Positions 19,313-29,000 of a stretch of DNA of 64,000 nt are shown here, piece after piece (position 1 is the stretch's first letter; every line of letters starts with the position of its first letter). The notes beneath the pieces are model-generated. The model did no database searches, was not told where the DNA came from, and saw only the letters and a program-made list of their open reading frames with translations. Position numbers and translations under genes: made by a program. Origin of the DNA: an uncultured cyanobacterium (GTDB taxonomy: Bacteria; Cyanobacteriota; Cyanobacteriia; CAKZMO01); the NCBI GenBank assembly GCA_963719515.1, contig CAVRCJ010000010.1, forward strand, positions 96,001 to 160,000, given 5' to 3'.

Positions 19313-22300
19313 TCACTCCGCCCCATGAGGTTTCGCCAAGTTGCGGAAGCGGGTGTACTGCTGCTCAAACAGCAGCTTCACGGTGCCTACCGGGCCGTTG
19401 CGGTGTTTGGTGATAATTAGCTCGGCGATGCCGCGATCGGGGCTGTCAGGATTGTAGTACTCATCGCGGTATAGCATCAGGACTAAATCTGCATCCTGCT
19501 CGATAGATCCCGAGTTGTGAGAGACGATGCCGTCCGCCATCCAAGACGACGGCCCTGGAACCGTCAGGTCGTAGACGGTCTCTTGCCCAAGCGGCTCGAT
19601 CGAAACGACCTCATCCCAGAAAATGTCAGAGTTCACGACTTCTTCTAGGTCTGAGCTCTCTAGAATTTCGGCATAGCTAAGCACCGTTTCCCGAGTGGGT
19701 GCGAATTTGAAGTGGGATGAGCCGCCGTAAGACGTTCCTCTTGATGTGGCCATACGGCGATGAGAAATCCCTTGGACTTTCATCTCCTGCTTGACAATAT
19801 CAAAGACTTCAATGGGAAGCGTGTCTCTATTGGGATTTGGCTTGCCTCGGCGTAGAAGCTCAGCCCTGGCTGCTTCAGCAGGCTGTACTCGTGGTGGCAT
19901 ACGATTGGCTACGGCGAGGCGATCGCCCGCTTTAAGCTCCTGAACCTGTCGCCAGCCGTCAAACGTATAGAGGCGGTGCTTGCCGGTGGCTTTGATTTTT
20001 TTACCGCTTGCAGTAGTCAGAGCATAAACGGGCTTTTCGCCAACTTTCCAAATCAAATCGGCTTGAGCTTTCACGAGTCGCCCTTGTTCATTCATGCTGA
20101 CAACTTCAGGTGTTTGACCGACTAGCGCTGCAATAGGTAAACGTCTGCCGTCTGCCAGCCAAACCAACGTATCTTCCGTGACGCACTCCCTCAGGTCAGA
20201 CATCATCGGTCGCTTGTTCGTCCGCGACTCCACCCCTCGACTCAACTGCGACAGGGCAATAATCGGCACGCTCAGCTCCCGCGCCAGCGCCTTGAGCGAT
20301 CGCGTTACCTTAGAAAGCTCCTGCACCCGGTTATCGCTACCGGTGCCCTCCATCAGCTGCAGGTAATCGATCAGCACTAACCCTAAGGCTCCTCCCTGCT
20401 CCGCCTGCAGCCGCCGCGCTTTCGAGCGCATCTCGGTTACTGAAATACCTGCCGTATCATCAATAAAAATGGGGAGCTGAGACAGGGTATTGATGGCGTT
20501 ACCCAGCGGTCCCCACTCGTTTTGCCCCACTCGTCCGCCCCGCAGGCGACCGCTCTCAACTCGGGCCTCGCTGGAGAGCAGGCGGTAGACGAGCTGCTCT
20601 TTGGACATCTCTAGGCTGAAGACCGCTACCGGTAGCTTAGGCGTGGCTCCGGCGATGTTGCGGGCGATGTTGAGCACGAAGCTCGTGTTGTGGACACAGA
20701 TATCGTTGGCGACAAAGTTGTGGGTCTCTGGAATGGTTAAATCGTAAACTTGCTTGATGTCAACAGGCTCAATCGCGACAATTTTGTCCCAGTAAACGTC
20801 GCTGGTGGCAAGATGTTGGAGGTCTTGATTCTCTAAAGCAGTGGCCAGTGCGAAAAGGCGATCGCGGCTCAGCGCCCGCTTACCGACGTGAATATTGCTT
20901 GTTCCCTTTAGTCCGGCCTGGGTTGCGAGAGATTTCCAGGTCTGCTGGCCTTTGGCCTGCTGCAGCGTCTCCCAAATCTCGACGGGAATTAGGTCTCGAT
21001 TGGTTTGATAGCGCCGGTTACTCAGAGCCGCTTTAGCCTTCTCAAGGGCCTGCTCCTTGCCAAAAATCCCGATCTCGTCAATAAAAGTCTTAATCGAAAG
21101 CGCGTCTGTGATGTCGAGCTGGTAAGCAGGACGGCGATGGTCTTGGTACTTCACCGAACGGGTTTTGAGACGAGCAATGACCCCAAACCGCAGCAGCAGG
21201 TGCTGTACCTGTTGGGCCAATTTCTTACAAACCGTTGCAAACCCGAGCTGAACTTGACCACTCGCCAAAACGCTAGCCCAGCCATCGGTAGCAAAAAGGC
21301 GGTTTAAGAAGATTGCGAGCTGTGGCTTTGGTAGCTTAAATACGCAGGCTGGAACCCTCTTCTGATGGGCCGATTTTCCCCATAAGCCATGCTCCTGCAG
21401 CCACAGGGTTACGGAATTCTGACTGTCGGAGACCACAAAAAAGGACGGCGTTCTTGTGCCGCTAGAATCTTCCCGTCGGACCGTTACCCCAGGAAACTCT
21501 AAGGCTGAGTCCACAAACTCGCTTTGGATCGCTGGGTTCTCATTTGTGAATCCCGGTGATGTCCTCGTCAGTGAGCCGTCGCCGATGAAATAGCCCAGCA
21601 GCTTCACCTGGGATTCAGGCAACGTCTCGGTTCCAAAAATAGGTAGGCACCTCGGAACAGCAATTTTTTGCCCTGCCTGCAGGTCTTCTAAGGGTCGCCA
21701 TCCTTGAATAGTCAAAAACGGGTGAGACAGCGTGGTCTCGATAGTCCTTCCCGAGCTTGTCTCGACGCGAAAGACGCGCTTCAAGCCATCATCGACGTAA
21801 GCGCTTGGCTGGGTGAGCTTTAATCGCCAGTCGGTGTCTAAAGTCAGGAGAGAGGCGTTCTGCCCAACGTAAACTTCTTCAATCGTTTTAACGCTCCCGT
21901 CACCCACCACAATTTCAGCGTCAGCGCTGAGGCATTTACCCATGGAGGGACGCCCCGCCGCAATGATCAGATCTGATCGCTGGAATCCCTGGGTCATGGC
22001 GTCTAGGTCGTAAAAGCCAGAGGGAATCCCCGGCAGCACCAAACCCTCGGCCCGATTCTCAATGTCGGCAAAGGTGGAAATCAGAATTTCGGAGGTGGGA
22101 GAAAGCCCCTGGGTGGGCCGGTCTTGGGTGACGGCGAACAGCTGCTGCTCCGCCTGATCGACCACCGTCTCAAGGGTAGAGCGCGTGTCGTAGCCCATCT
22201 GGGCAATCTCATGGCCGGTTTGAATCAGCCGCCGCCGCAGGGCCTTATCGTTGACCAGCTGCGCGTACTGGTCGACGTTGACGGCGCTCACCGTGCGGTC

Positions 22301-22594
22301 CACCAGCTGAATGAGTCGCCCCTGTCCCCCTACCTTTTCTAGGGTGCCGTTGTCTCGAAGTGCGGTGGCAATGCGCATCAGATCCGTCGGCTGGCCTTGG
22401 GCAAACAGCGCTAGAGCCGCTCGGTAGATCTCTTGATGAGCGCCAATATAAAACGATTCGGGGCGCAGGGTATCGATAATGCGGCCCAGCGCCTCGGGGT
22501 CCAGCAAAATACCCCCCAGAATCGCCTCCTCCGCATCAATGTTTTGGGGAGGGAGGCGATCGCTGTAGGACTCAAAAACGGGCTCGCTGACCAT
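19313..22594 (-). CDS. dnaB: Replicative DNA helicase DnaB containing two inteins
   Basis: [65 protein letters not shown]. Confidence 0.98.
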   Translation of the reverse strand: MVSEPVFESYSDRLPPQNIDAEEAILGGILLDPEALGRIIDTLRPESFYIGAHQEIYRAALALFAQGQPTDLMRIATALRDNGTLEKVGGQGRLIQLVDRTVSAVNVDQYAQLVNDKALRRRLIQTGHEIAQMGYDTRSTLETVVDQAEQQLFAVTQDRPTQGLSPTSEILISTFADIENRAEGLVLPGIPSGFYDLDAMTQGFQRSDLIIAAGRPSMGKCLSADAEIVVGDGSVKTIEEVYVGQNASLLTLDTDWRLKLTQPSAYVDDGLKRVFRVETSSGRTIETTLSHPFLTIQGWRPLEDLQAGQKIAVPRCLPIFGTETLPESQVKLLGYFIGDGSLTRTSPGFTNENPAIQSEFVDSALEFPGVTVRREDSSGTRTPSFFVVSDSQNSVTLWLQEHGLWGKSAHQKRVPACVFKLPKPQLAIFLNRLFATDGWASVLASGQVQLGFATVCKKLAQQVQHLLLRFGVIARLKTRSVKYQDHRRPAYQLDITDALSIKTFIDEIGIFGKEQALEKAKAALSNRRYQTNRDLIPVEIWETLQQAKGQQTWKSLATQAGLKGTSNIHVGKRALSRDRLFALATALENQDLQHLATSDVYWDKIVAIEPVDIKQVYDLTIPETHNFVANDICVHNTSFVLNIARNIAGATPKLPVAVFSLEMSKEQLVYRLLSSEARVESGRLRGGRVGQNEWGPLGNAINTLSQLPIFIDDTAGISVTEMRSKARRLQAEQGGALGLVLIDYLQLMEGTGSDNRVQELSKVTRSLKALARELSVPIIALSQLSRGVESRTNKRPMMSDLRECVTEDTLVWLADGRRLPIAALVGQTPEVVSMNEQGRLVKAQADLIWKVGEKPVYALTTASGKKIKATGKHRLYTFDGWRQVQELKAGDRLAVANRMPPRVQPAEAARAELLRRGKPNPNRDTLPIEVFDIVKQEMKVQGISHRRMATSRGTSYGGSSHFKFAPTRETVLSYAEILESSDLEEVVNSDIFWDEVVSIEPLGQETVYDLTVPGPSSWMADGIVSHNSGSIEQDADLVLMLYRDEYYNPDSPDRGIAELIITKHRNGPVGTVKLLFEQQYTRFRNLAKPHGAE
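19514..20185 (-). mobile_element. DnaB intein 2 (224 aa), no LAGLIDADG motifs
   Basis: Begins CVTEDTLV after SDLRE and ends ADGIVSHN before SGSIEQD; block B TGKHRL. Confidence 0.95.
20687..21934 (-). mobile_element. DnaB intein 1 (416 aa) with LAGLIDADG homing endonuclease, inserted in the Walker A P-loop
   Basis: Begins CLSADAEI after GRPSMGK and ends [12 protein letters not shown] before T. LAGLIDADG blocks [10 protein letters not shown] and [11 protein letters not shown]; block B TLSHPF. Confidence 0.95.
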
Positions 22595-22631
22595 TAGCTC
22601 ACCGATAGTAGTGTTTTTGTACTACTAGCAA

Positions 22632-23090
22632 TTATAGAGCAGCTACGTGAATTTCCACCGTCGCCGTCACTTCAGGATGCAGCTTGATAGTGGCGTTGTA
22701 GAAGCCGAGCTTGTTGATATCCGGCACGGTAATCACGTGGCGATCGATTTCGCGGCTGGTGCTCTCTTGAATCGCGTCGGCGACCTCCCGGTCGGTGACG
22801 GTACCAAAGATAGCCTCGCCTTCGCCCACCTGCTTCTTCACCATGAACCGGCTCACGGTCTCCAGCGCCGTCTTAATCGTTTCGGCCTGGGCCTTCTCCT
22901 CAATCAGCCGCTGGCGCTCCTCTTCCCGACGGCGCTCTACCTGCTTCAAAATGCCGGGGGTGACGCGCACCGCTAAGCCTCTCGGCAGTAAAAAGTTACG
23001 GGCGTAACCTGGAGCTACCTCGACGAGATCGCCGTTTTGCCCCAGCTTGCGAACGTCCTCTCGAAGGACGATTTGAACACGTTGTGCCAT
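22632..23090 (-). CDS. rplI: 50S ribosomal protein L9
   Basis: [28 protein letters not shown]; rplI-dnaB synteny. Confidence 0.98.
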   Translation of the reverse strand: MAQRVQIVLREDVRKLGQNGDLVEVAPGYARNFLLPRGLAVRVTPGILKQVERRREEERQRLIEEKAQAETIKTALETVSRFMVKKQVGEGEAIFGTVTDREVADAIQESTSREIDRHVITVPDINKLGFYNATIKLHPEVTATVEIHVAAL

Positions 23091-23225
23091 CTGCTGAACC
23101 TATCTGCTAAATCTTTTGCGCTTGAGTCAGTCTACTATGTTATCCGATTCACGAAACCCTAGCCAGATCATCATCAAGCCTCTCTAAAGATATAGGAACG
23201 AATGCCCTAGGCGGCGATCGCGGAC

Positions 23226-23274
23226 TGAGGGGCGATGGTTAAAGGCCGGTCCTCCGGGGGCCACCGCTCCTCAG
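23226..23274 (-). terminator. Imperfect hairpin downstream of the 121-aa gene
   Basis: ctgaggggcgatgg ... ccaccgctcctcag, 14-bp arms with 2 mismatches. Confidence 0.4.
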
Positions 23275-23299
23275 ATTATCTCAGTCGCCCACCGGAAGA

Positions 23300-23665
23300 C
23301 TAGGTGGCTGGCTGTGGTGCTTCGGAGGGGGGACTATAGCGCCGCCGCTCGGGCCGCCGGGTGCCGCCTGCCATCTCGTATTCTGAGCTCTTGCGGCCAT
23401 AGGCGGCGGCGATCGCGCTGAGCATTCTCTCGGACCGTTCAGCGACCCGCTTTTCGGTGGCTAGCATCTCGTTGTATACGTTGTCGACGTTGGACAGCAG
23501 CCGGTTGTAGGCGTTTTGCTGCAGCCGCATCTCGTTGATCTCGGTTCGAAAGGCGTCGAGGGTGAGGTCGTTGCCGAGGTCGAGATCGACGTCGATGGAT
23601 TCCATGCCGGCAATGCGGCGCTCGGCATTTTGCAGGGTGATGGAGGTGCGTTTGGCGCGTGCCAT
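23300..23665 (-). CDS. Conserved hypothetical all-helical protein (MARxKR...YGRKSSEYEMAGG family)
   Basis: 121 aa with AGAGGA RBS; resembles a recurrent unannotated cyanobacterial family ending YGxDSxEYEMAGGxRKSER (recognised from memory). Confidence 0.85.
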   Translation of the reverse strand: MARAKRTSITLQNAERRIAGMESIDVDLDLGNDLTLDAFRTEINEMRLQQNAYNRLLSNVDNVYNEMLATEKRVAERSERMLSAIAAAYGRKSSEYEMAGGTRRPERRRYSPPSEAPQPAT

Positions 23666-23945
23666 GGGGTCAATTCCTCTAAAGGTCTGTTGGGTGTTTG
23701 TGTGAGCCGAATGAATTGTTGGCTCAGGTTTAGAGTGGACCTGGCAGGGGCCAAACTCGCTGCTCGCAAAGGAATCGCTATGGAAGCTTAAAGCTATGGC
23801 ACAGAAGGCTTTAAGCGCGAGCGGTGATTTTATCCGGATGCTGTTGAACTGGGGGTTATGGCGGGCTGGCGGGCTCTCAGTTGGGTGATATTTACGGGAT
23901 AATGCGGATGGCGCGGTGGCTGCGATCGCTGTGAGGACTGGAGAG

Positions 23946-24176
23946 CAGCTTTGGAGAACGGCTGAGCTTGTTGGCAGAACTAATTAGCTGCTTGACAGAG
24001 TTGCTGAGCAACTCATTAGAACTGATAGGCTACTTGGCAGAACTGTTAAGCAGCTTGGCAGTTCTGATGGACCGCTGCTGCAAACTTGCAGCCTGCTGTG
24101 ATGACGGTATGAGAACCTATGGCCTACTGCTGGCCAGATTATTGAACGTTTTCGGCAAGCTGGTACTTTGGCCAAT
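23946..24176. repeat. Degenerate 21-bp tandem array, about 11 units
   Basis: Units at 23946 cagctttggagaacggctgag, 23967 cttgttggcagaactaattag, 23988 ctgcttgacagagttgctgag, 24009 caactcattagaactgatagg, 24030 ctacttggcagaactgttaag, 24051 cagcttggcagttctgatgga, followed by decaying units. Confidence 0.8.
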
Positions 24177-24183
24177 AGGCATC

Positions 24184-24221
24184 GTTGAGGTCCTAAGCTT
24201 TGCAGCGCTCAGGACCTCGGC
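24184..24221 (-). terminator. Hairpin immediately downstream of the 122-aa gene
   Basis: gttgaggtcctaagc-tttgcagc-gctcaggacctcggc. Confidence 0.5.
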
Positions 24222-24225
24222 GCGG

Positions 24226-24594
24226 TTAGCCGGTGGGCGCGTCAAATGCCCGTAGCCGCATTAGGTAGGCGAGCATTTGCCCTTGCTCTGGGGTGATGTG
24301 GATGCCGCTGGGGCCAATTTCGATGGGGCCGGTCCACTGGGGGTGCTCGACGTAGCGGAGCATGTGCAGCCGGTATATGGTTTCGCGGATGGCTTCGGGG
24401 GAGCCGACGATGATGTGGCGGATGATTTCGCCGCTGGGGCCAGGGTAGGAAATGGGTTTGTCGGGGCAGGTTTGGTTAGCAGGTTTTGGCGATGGGAATA
24501 ACGGCTTTTGCAAAACCTGCCCGTACGCGGGGGTAGCTTCGGTCAGCGGGTTCTGTGCGGCCTCGTGAGGTCGCTGAGAATGTTGAAATGTCAT
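24226..24594 (-). CDS. Cyanobacterial hypothetical protein (RHIIVGSPEAIRETIYRLHMLRY family)
   Basis: 122 aa from ATG 24594 preceded by AGAGAG; disordered N-half and a conserved-looking C-terminal domain. Confidence 0.75.
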   Translation of the reverse strand: MTFQHSQRPHEAAQNPLTEATPAYGQVLQKPLFPSPKPANQTCPDKPISYPGPSGEIIRHIIVGSPEAIRETIYRLHMLRYVEHPQWTGPIEIGPSGIHITPEQGQMLAYLMRLRAFDAPTG

Positions 24595-24766
24595 GGGTTT
24601 TCTCTCTTTGTTTGGTAAGAAAACCCAAAAATTGGCCATCCCTTTTCTTGGGCGTCTGGGATGGCTGCAGCCGCTGAAATACAATGGCTACAGCCCGGAG
24701 ACAGCTCACATCTGTCTAAGGGTCAGGGTGCGATCGGTGCTGCTAACACCGGTCGTACCCGTTTTG
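24594..24766. ncRNA. Candidate structured leader or antisense RNA: five consecutive hairpins
   Basis: tgggttttct/agaaaaccca; gccatccc/gggatggc; ggctgcagccg/tggctacagcc; gacag/ctgtc; gggtgcgatcggtg/caccggtcgtaccc followed by gtttt. Confidence 0.55.
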
Positions 24767-24895
24767 ACCAAATTTTTGGGGTTGTTCGATCAAGCTGCTA
24801 TCGGTAAACAGCTTCTGAACAGGTAATCTACCGCATTTGGGGCACGGAAGCAAGGGCAGATTTTGTGTCAGCACATACCGGCAAACCAATTGTGC

Positions 24896-25036
24896 GTAGG
24901 GTGGGCACCGCCCACAAAACGTTTACACATGTGGGATAGACCAACGCGCGGGACGGGATACACGGCATGGACAATGTGGGGTGGGTGATAATTCGGTGGG
25001 CAATAAACAATATGTAGTGGGCATTGCCCACCCTAC
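24896..25036. repeat. Inverted pair of GTAG-class REP sequences (REPIN-like)
   Basis: GTAGGGTGGGCACCGCCCAC at 24896-24915 and GTGGGCATTGCCCACCCTAC at 25017-25036; each is GTAG plus a GTGGGC/GCCCAC palindrome. Confidence 0.88.
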
Positions 25037-25554
25037 GGGCATCGACATGCCCAATCGATTCGATAATGTCCGTTATTGACCCATTTTTGAAAACTGGAAT
25101 AGGGCCATTGATGCGGGCAATTCGCCCACCCATGCTTCACCGGGTTGTAGTGAATATAATTGAGGCAGCGGGCCAATTCTTCTTCTGTGCGGATGGTACG
25201 TTCCCAAAAGCGACGCTGCCACACATCGCTTTCGCGGTGCTTTCGCCGGGACTCAGAAATGTCATCAGGCTGAACATTCTTGCCCCTCAGCGACTGAGTG
25301 AATAAGACTTTGATGCGTCCGACTCGTTTTGAGTAGTTGCTGTCGCTATCGGGCAATGTCCAGACGAAATGAATGTGATCGGGCAAAACGACGGCGGCGA
25401 CGATATCGAATGGGTCTTCGGCTTTGATTTGGCTGACGGCTTGGCGGAGGCGAGTTACGTTGTCGGCATGCTTGAAGAGCGGAGCGCGCTGATGGGTAAC
25501 CCAGGTGAGGAAGACGGTGCTACCAGGAATGTAGAGGCGGCGGTAGTTGGGCAT
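25033..25554 (-). mobile_element. REP-associated tyrosine transposase (RAYT, HUH Y1 family)
   Basis: MPNYRR, VVLPDHIH (HUH), VWQRRFWE, NYIHYNPVKHG (catalytic Y), WPYSSF; adjacent REPs. Confidence 0.93.
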
Positions 25555-25667
25555 GCAGGTTATGAGAAACGCTCGACCTGCTTAAGGTGCCCTGACGCAA
25601 GCTCGCCCGACTAACTTTCCTTTTGCTAGATTGTGGGTACAGGAAGATACCGGCAATATCGATGTCT

Positions 25668-25997
25668 ATGGACAACATCCAGCTTGAAATTGAGGGCCAG
25701 GGCGCGATCGCGGCGGCAGAGGACCTGCTGCAGACCGAGGGCATCCAGGGGCAGCTTGAGCCTATGGACGATGAGCCCGAGCGGGATTTAGCGATGGTTA
25801 CCGCGATCGCCACTATCGTCAGCCTGGCGCTGAACGCTATCGAGCTGGCGGAGAAGATTCACGGCTGGTACCGGGCCTATCGCCAGCGCAAGGATGCTGA
25901 CAAACGAATCGAGAAGGTCCTGCTGATTGGCAAGGACGGGCAGCGTATTCTGTTGGCAGATGCTTCGGTGGAGCAGATTCGCCGCATTCTCGAATAG
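25668..25997 (+). CDS. Small protein with central hydrophobic helix, EACC1-like putative partner of the downstream CHAT protease
   Basis: 109 aa: acidic N-part, linker EPERD, hydrophobic LAMVTAIATIVSLALNAIELA, W-containing basic helix, C-terminal GKDGQRILL..SVEQIRRIL; 27 bp from the CHAT gene. The family label is inference. Confidence 0.7.
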   Translation: MDNIQLEIEGQGAIAAAEDLLQTEGIQGQLEPMDDEPERDLAMVTAIATIVSLALNAIELAEKIHGWYRAYRQRKDADKRIEKVLLIGKDGQRILLADASVEQIRRILE

Positions 25998-26024
25998 CCC
26001 TGACCTCTATCGTGCTGCGCCGCC

Positions 26025-29000
26025 ATGGATATGGACATCCTTTACGTTGATCTGCTGCCTGCTGATGACGGCTATGTGACGCTGCGCTATGGAAAAGACC
26101 CTGATGATTGGGCCTCGGCGGACCGGCGACTGGCCCTTAGCGATATTCAAGCGCTGATTGACCACGACAAGCTTTTTTACTTCACCCGTCGCCCCGACTT
26201 TTGTAGTGTAGGTCAGCAGCTTTACGCCTGGCTGGATGGGGAGCAGCGCTGGCTGACGACAGAGATTGAGCGCTGCAGCGCTTCGGAGCTGGTGTTGATG
26301 ATTGCGGCGCGGGGGAAGCTGGCCCACCTGCCTTGGGAAGTGCTGCATGACGGAGACGAGTTTTTGACCCAGGCCATGACCCCTGTGGTGCCGGTGCGCT
26401 GGGTGGAGGGAGCGGCAAAGCCCCAGCCTCCCCAGGCGCGATCGCTCAGCGTGCTGTTCATGGCAACTTCGGTGGTGGGGGAGCAAGCCCTAGATTTTGA
26501 GCAGGAAGAGGCCAAAATTCTTGAAATCACCAACGATTTTCCGCTGAGCCTGCGGGTTGAAGAGAGCGGCTGCGTCACCGAGCTAGAGAAGCTATGGAAG
26601 CGCCACGACGAGGGTAGCTTTGATGTGTTTCACCTGACGGGGCACGCCGGGATTACCAAAGCGGAGCCGCCAACGCCATTCTTTATTACGGAAACTGAAA
26701 CGGGCGATCGCCGCGACGCCACCGCCAAAGATTTGTTTCGCGTTTTCAGGCGCAGACGCCCGCGGCTGGTGTTTCTTTCAGGCTGTCGCACCGGGCAGGC
26801 AGCCCAGGATGGCACAGTCAGCTCCATTGCCCAAGAGCTGGTGTCCTACGGTCTCCCGGCGGTGATGGGCTGGGGGCAGTCCGTGCGCGATCGCGACGCT
26901 ACCCTAGCGGCCCAAAAGCTGTATGAGTTTCTAGCGGCGGGCTATTCCCTGCCGGGGGCCTTTAGCGAAACCATCCAGCACCTGCAGGAAGAAGACGCCC
27001 GCGATTGGCACCTGCTGCGGCTGTACGCCCGCACCGATATGCTGGGGCCGCTGGTGCAAGCCGGTTCAACAGGGGTCTACCTGCCGCCCCTCGAAACGAC
27101 CCAAAGCTACTTTTTAGACGACGAGCAGCAGGTGCGCGTGGCTGGCCCGGACAAGTTTGTGGGGCGGCGACGGCTGCTGCAGCGCTGCCTAGGGCACCTG
27201 CGGGAGCGGGGCAAAGTTGGGGTGTTGCTGCATGGTCTGGGGGGCAACGGCAAGAGCACGGTGGCGGCGCGGCTGCTGGACCGGCTGCCGGGCTACACCC
27301 CCGCCGTGGTCTACCGGCGGTTAGACGAAGCCTCTCTGCTGCGATCGCTAGCGCGACAGGCCACAGACAAAGCGGGCCAGCCCATTCTAGATGCCGACGC
27401 CCCGCTAGAGCAGCGGCTCACCGACTTTTTGCGCTACCACCTGCAGCGGGGGCAGCGGTTTTGCCTGGTGCTGGATGACTTTGAGGCCAACCTGGAGCTG
27501 CTGCCCAACGGCCAGCCCGCCTTCAAGGCAAAGGCCGCCGCCAGCGCTAGCGCCGCCCTTTCCCCCCCAGAGGTGCTGACGGCTCTGATGCGATCGCTCC
27601 GGGCCACGGCAGAGCACCGCCTAATCATCACTAGCCGCTATGAGTTTACGCTGCCGGAGCTGGATTCCTACGTGGCGCGGGCATCGGTGCCGGCGCTGAG
27701 CGGCGCAGACTGGACTAAAAAGTGCGATCGCCTGGACGCCTTTAAGCCCCAGTCTGAGGTGGATCAAGACCTGCAGCAGCAGGCCAAAGACATCGCCAAC
27801 GGCAACCCCCGGCTGCTGGAATGGCTGGACGACGTGTTGCTGGCCCCTGACCTGGATAAGGCCGCGATTCTAGAAGCGATGGCGGCAAAGGAGGATGACT
27901 ACCGGGAAAGCATCTTAGCTGAAGCGCTGCTGGAGCAGCAGGTGCCAGCGGTAAGCCAGCTGCTGGCGCGGGGGCTAATCTATCAGCTTCCGGTGCCGGA
28001 GGCGGCGCTGGCGGCGGTGTGTGATGGGATGGAGAACTTCGCCCAGCATCGCGATCGCGCTGGGGCGCTGGGGCTGCTGGAGCTGAGCCAGATTCAGGGG
28101 GAGCCGCATTACCGGGTGTCGCGGCTGCTCGAAGAGCTGCTGCCCCAGGATGAGGCCACCGAAGCGCGGTGTGCTGCTGCTGCGGAAACGCTGTATGAGG
28201 TGTGGTGGACAGCGGCAAAGTCAGCTTCTGAGGAGCGATTACTGGAGATTCACCGGCTGGCGGTGGCCGGAAAACAGCCGGAAATTGTAGCTGCATTGGG
28301 GAGGGTTCTCACCGACCAGTGGAATACCCACAGCCGCTTTCGCGATATTGTTCGACTCTGTGAAACCAGTAAAACAATTGCGTCAGATGCCCGAGTGATC
28401 TATCCGCTAGCTCAAGCAGAGTTTGCTTTGGGTAATGTTGAGACTGCTCAGAGTCACTATCAAGGAGTTTTGGGACTTCCTAAAGCCGAGGGAGATGAAG
28501 AATATAGAGCCGCCACCCAGCATGAGATAGCGCGCATTTACGCTCAGCAGGGACAGGTACAACAGGCATTGGACTTCTACCACAAATCTCTTGAAGCTAA
28601 TGAAGCGATCGGGAATGTGAAAGGCGAAGCTGCCACCCGGCATGAGATAGCGGGCATCTGTGCTGAGCAGGGATATACGAAACGGGCCCTAGACCTCTAC
28701 AAAAGGTCTCTTAAGGACTTTGAAGTAAGTGGGGATGTGAAAGGCAGAGCTGACGCGATGGCAAATATGGCTACTATCTACGCCCAGCAAGGAGAGATGC
28801 AACAGGCCCTAGACCTCTACCAGCAGTCCTTTGAAAGCAATGAAGCAATTGGGAATGTACAAGGCAAAGCCGCCACGCTGCATCAGATGGCAGGCATCTA
28901 TGCCCAACAGGGAGAGGTGAAACAGGCCCTGGATCTCTACCAGCAGTCCTTTGAAAGCAATGAAGCAATTGGGAATGTACAAGGCAAAGCCGCCACGCTG

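Noticed and set aside
23946..24176. CRISPR array interpretation of the 21-bp repeats
   Set aside because: Units are contiguous with no unique spacers, are degenerate, and no cas genes are in the window.
23968..24255. 95-aa + strand ORF over the 21-bp array as a confident CDS
   Set aside because: TTG start with no clear RBS, in-frame stop just upstream, overlap with the opposite gene; kept only as a hypothesis.
24828..25305. ORFs 24828-25133 and 25024-25305
   Set aside because: Shadow ORFs over the REP pair and RAYT gene with no recognisable motifs.
28774..29000. Diversity-generating retroelement TR/VR pair
   Set aside because: Repeats are adjacent in-frame TPR units, differences are not confined to adenines, and no reverse transcriptase is present.
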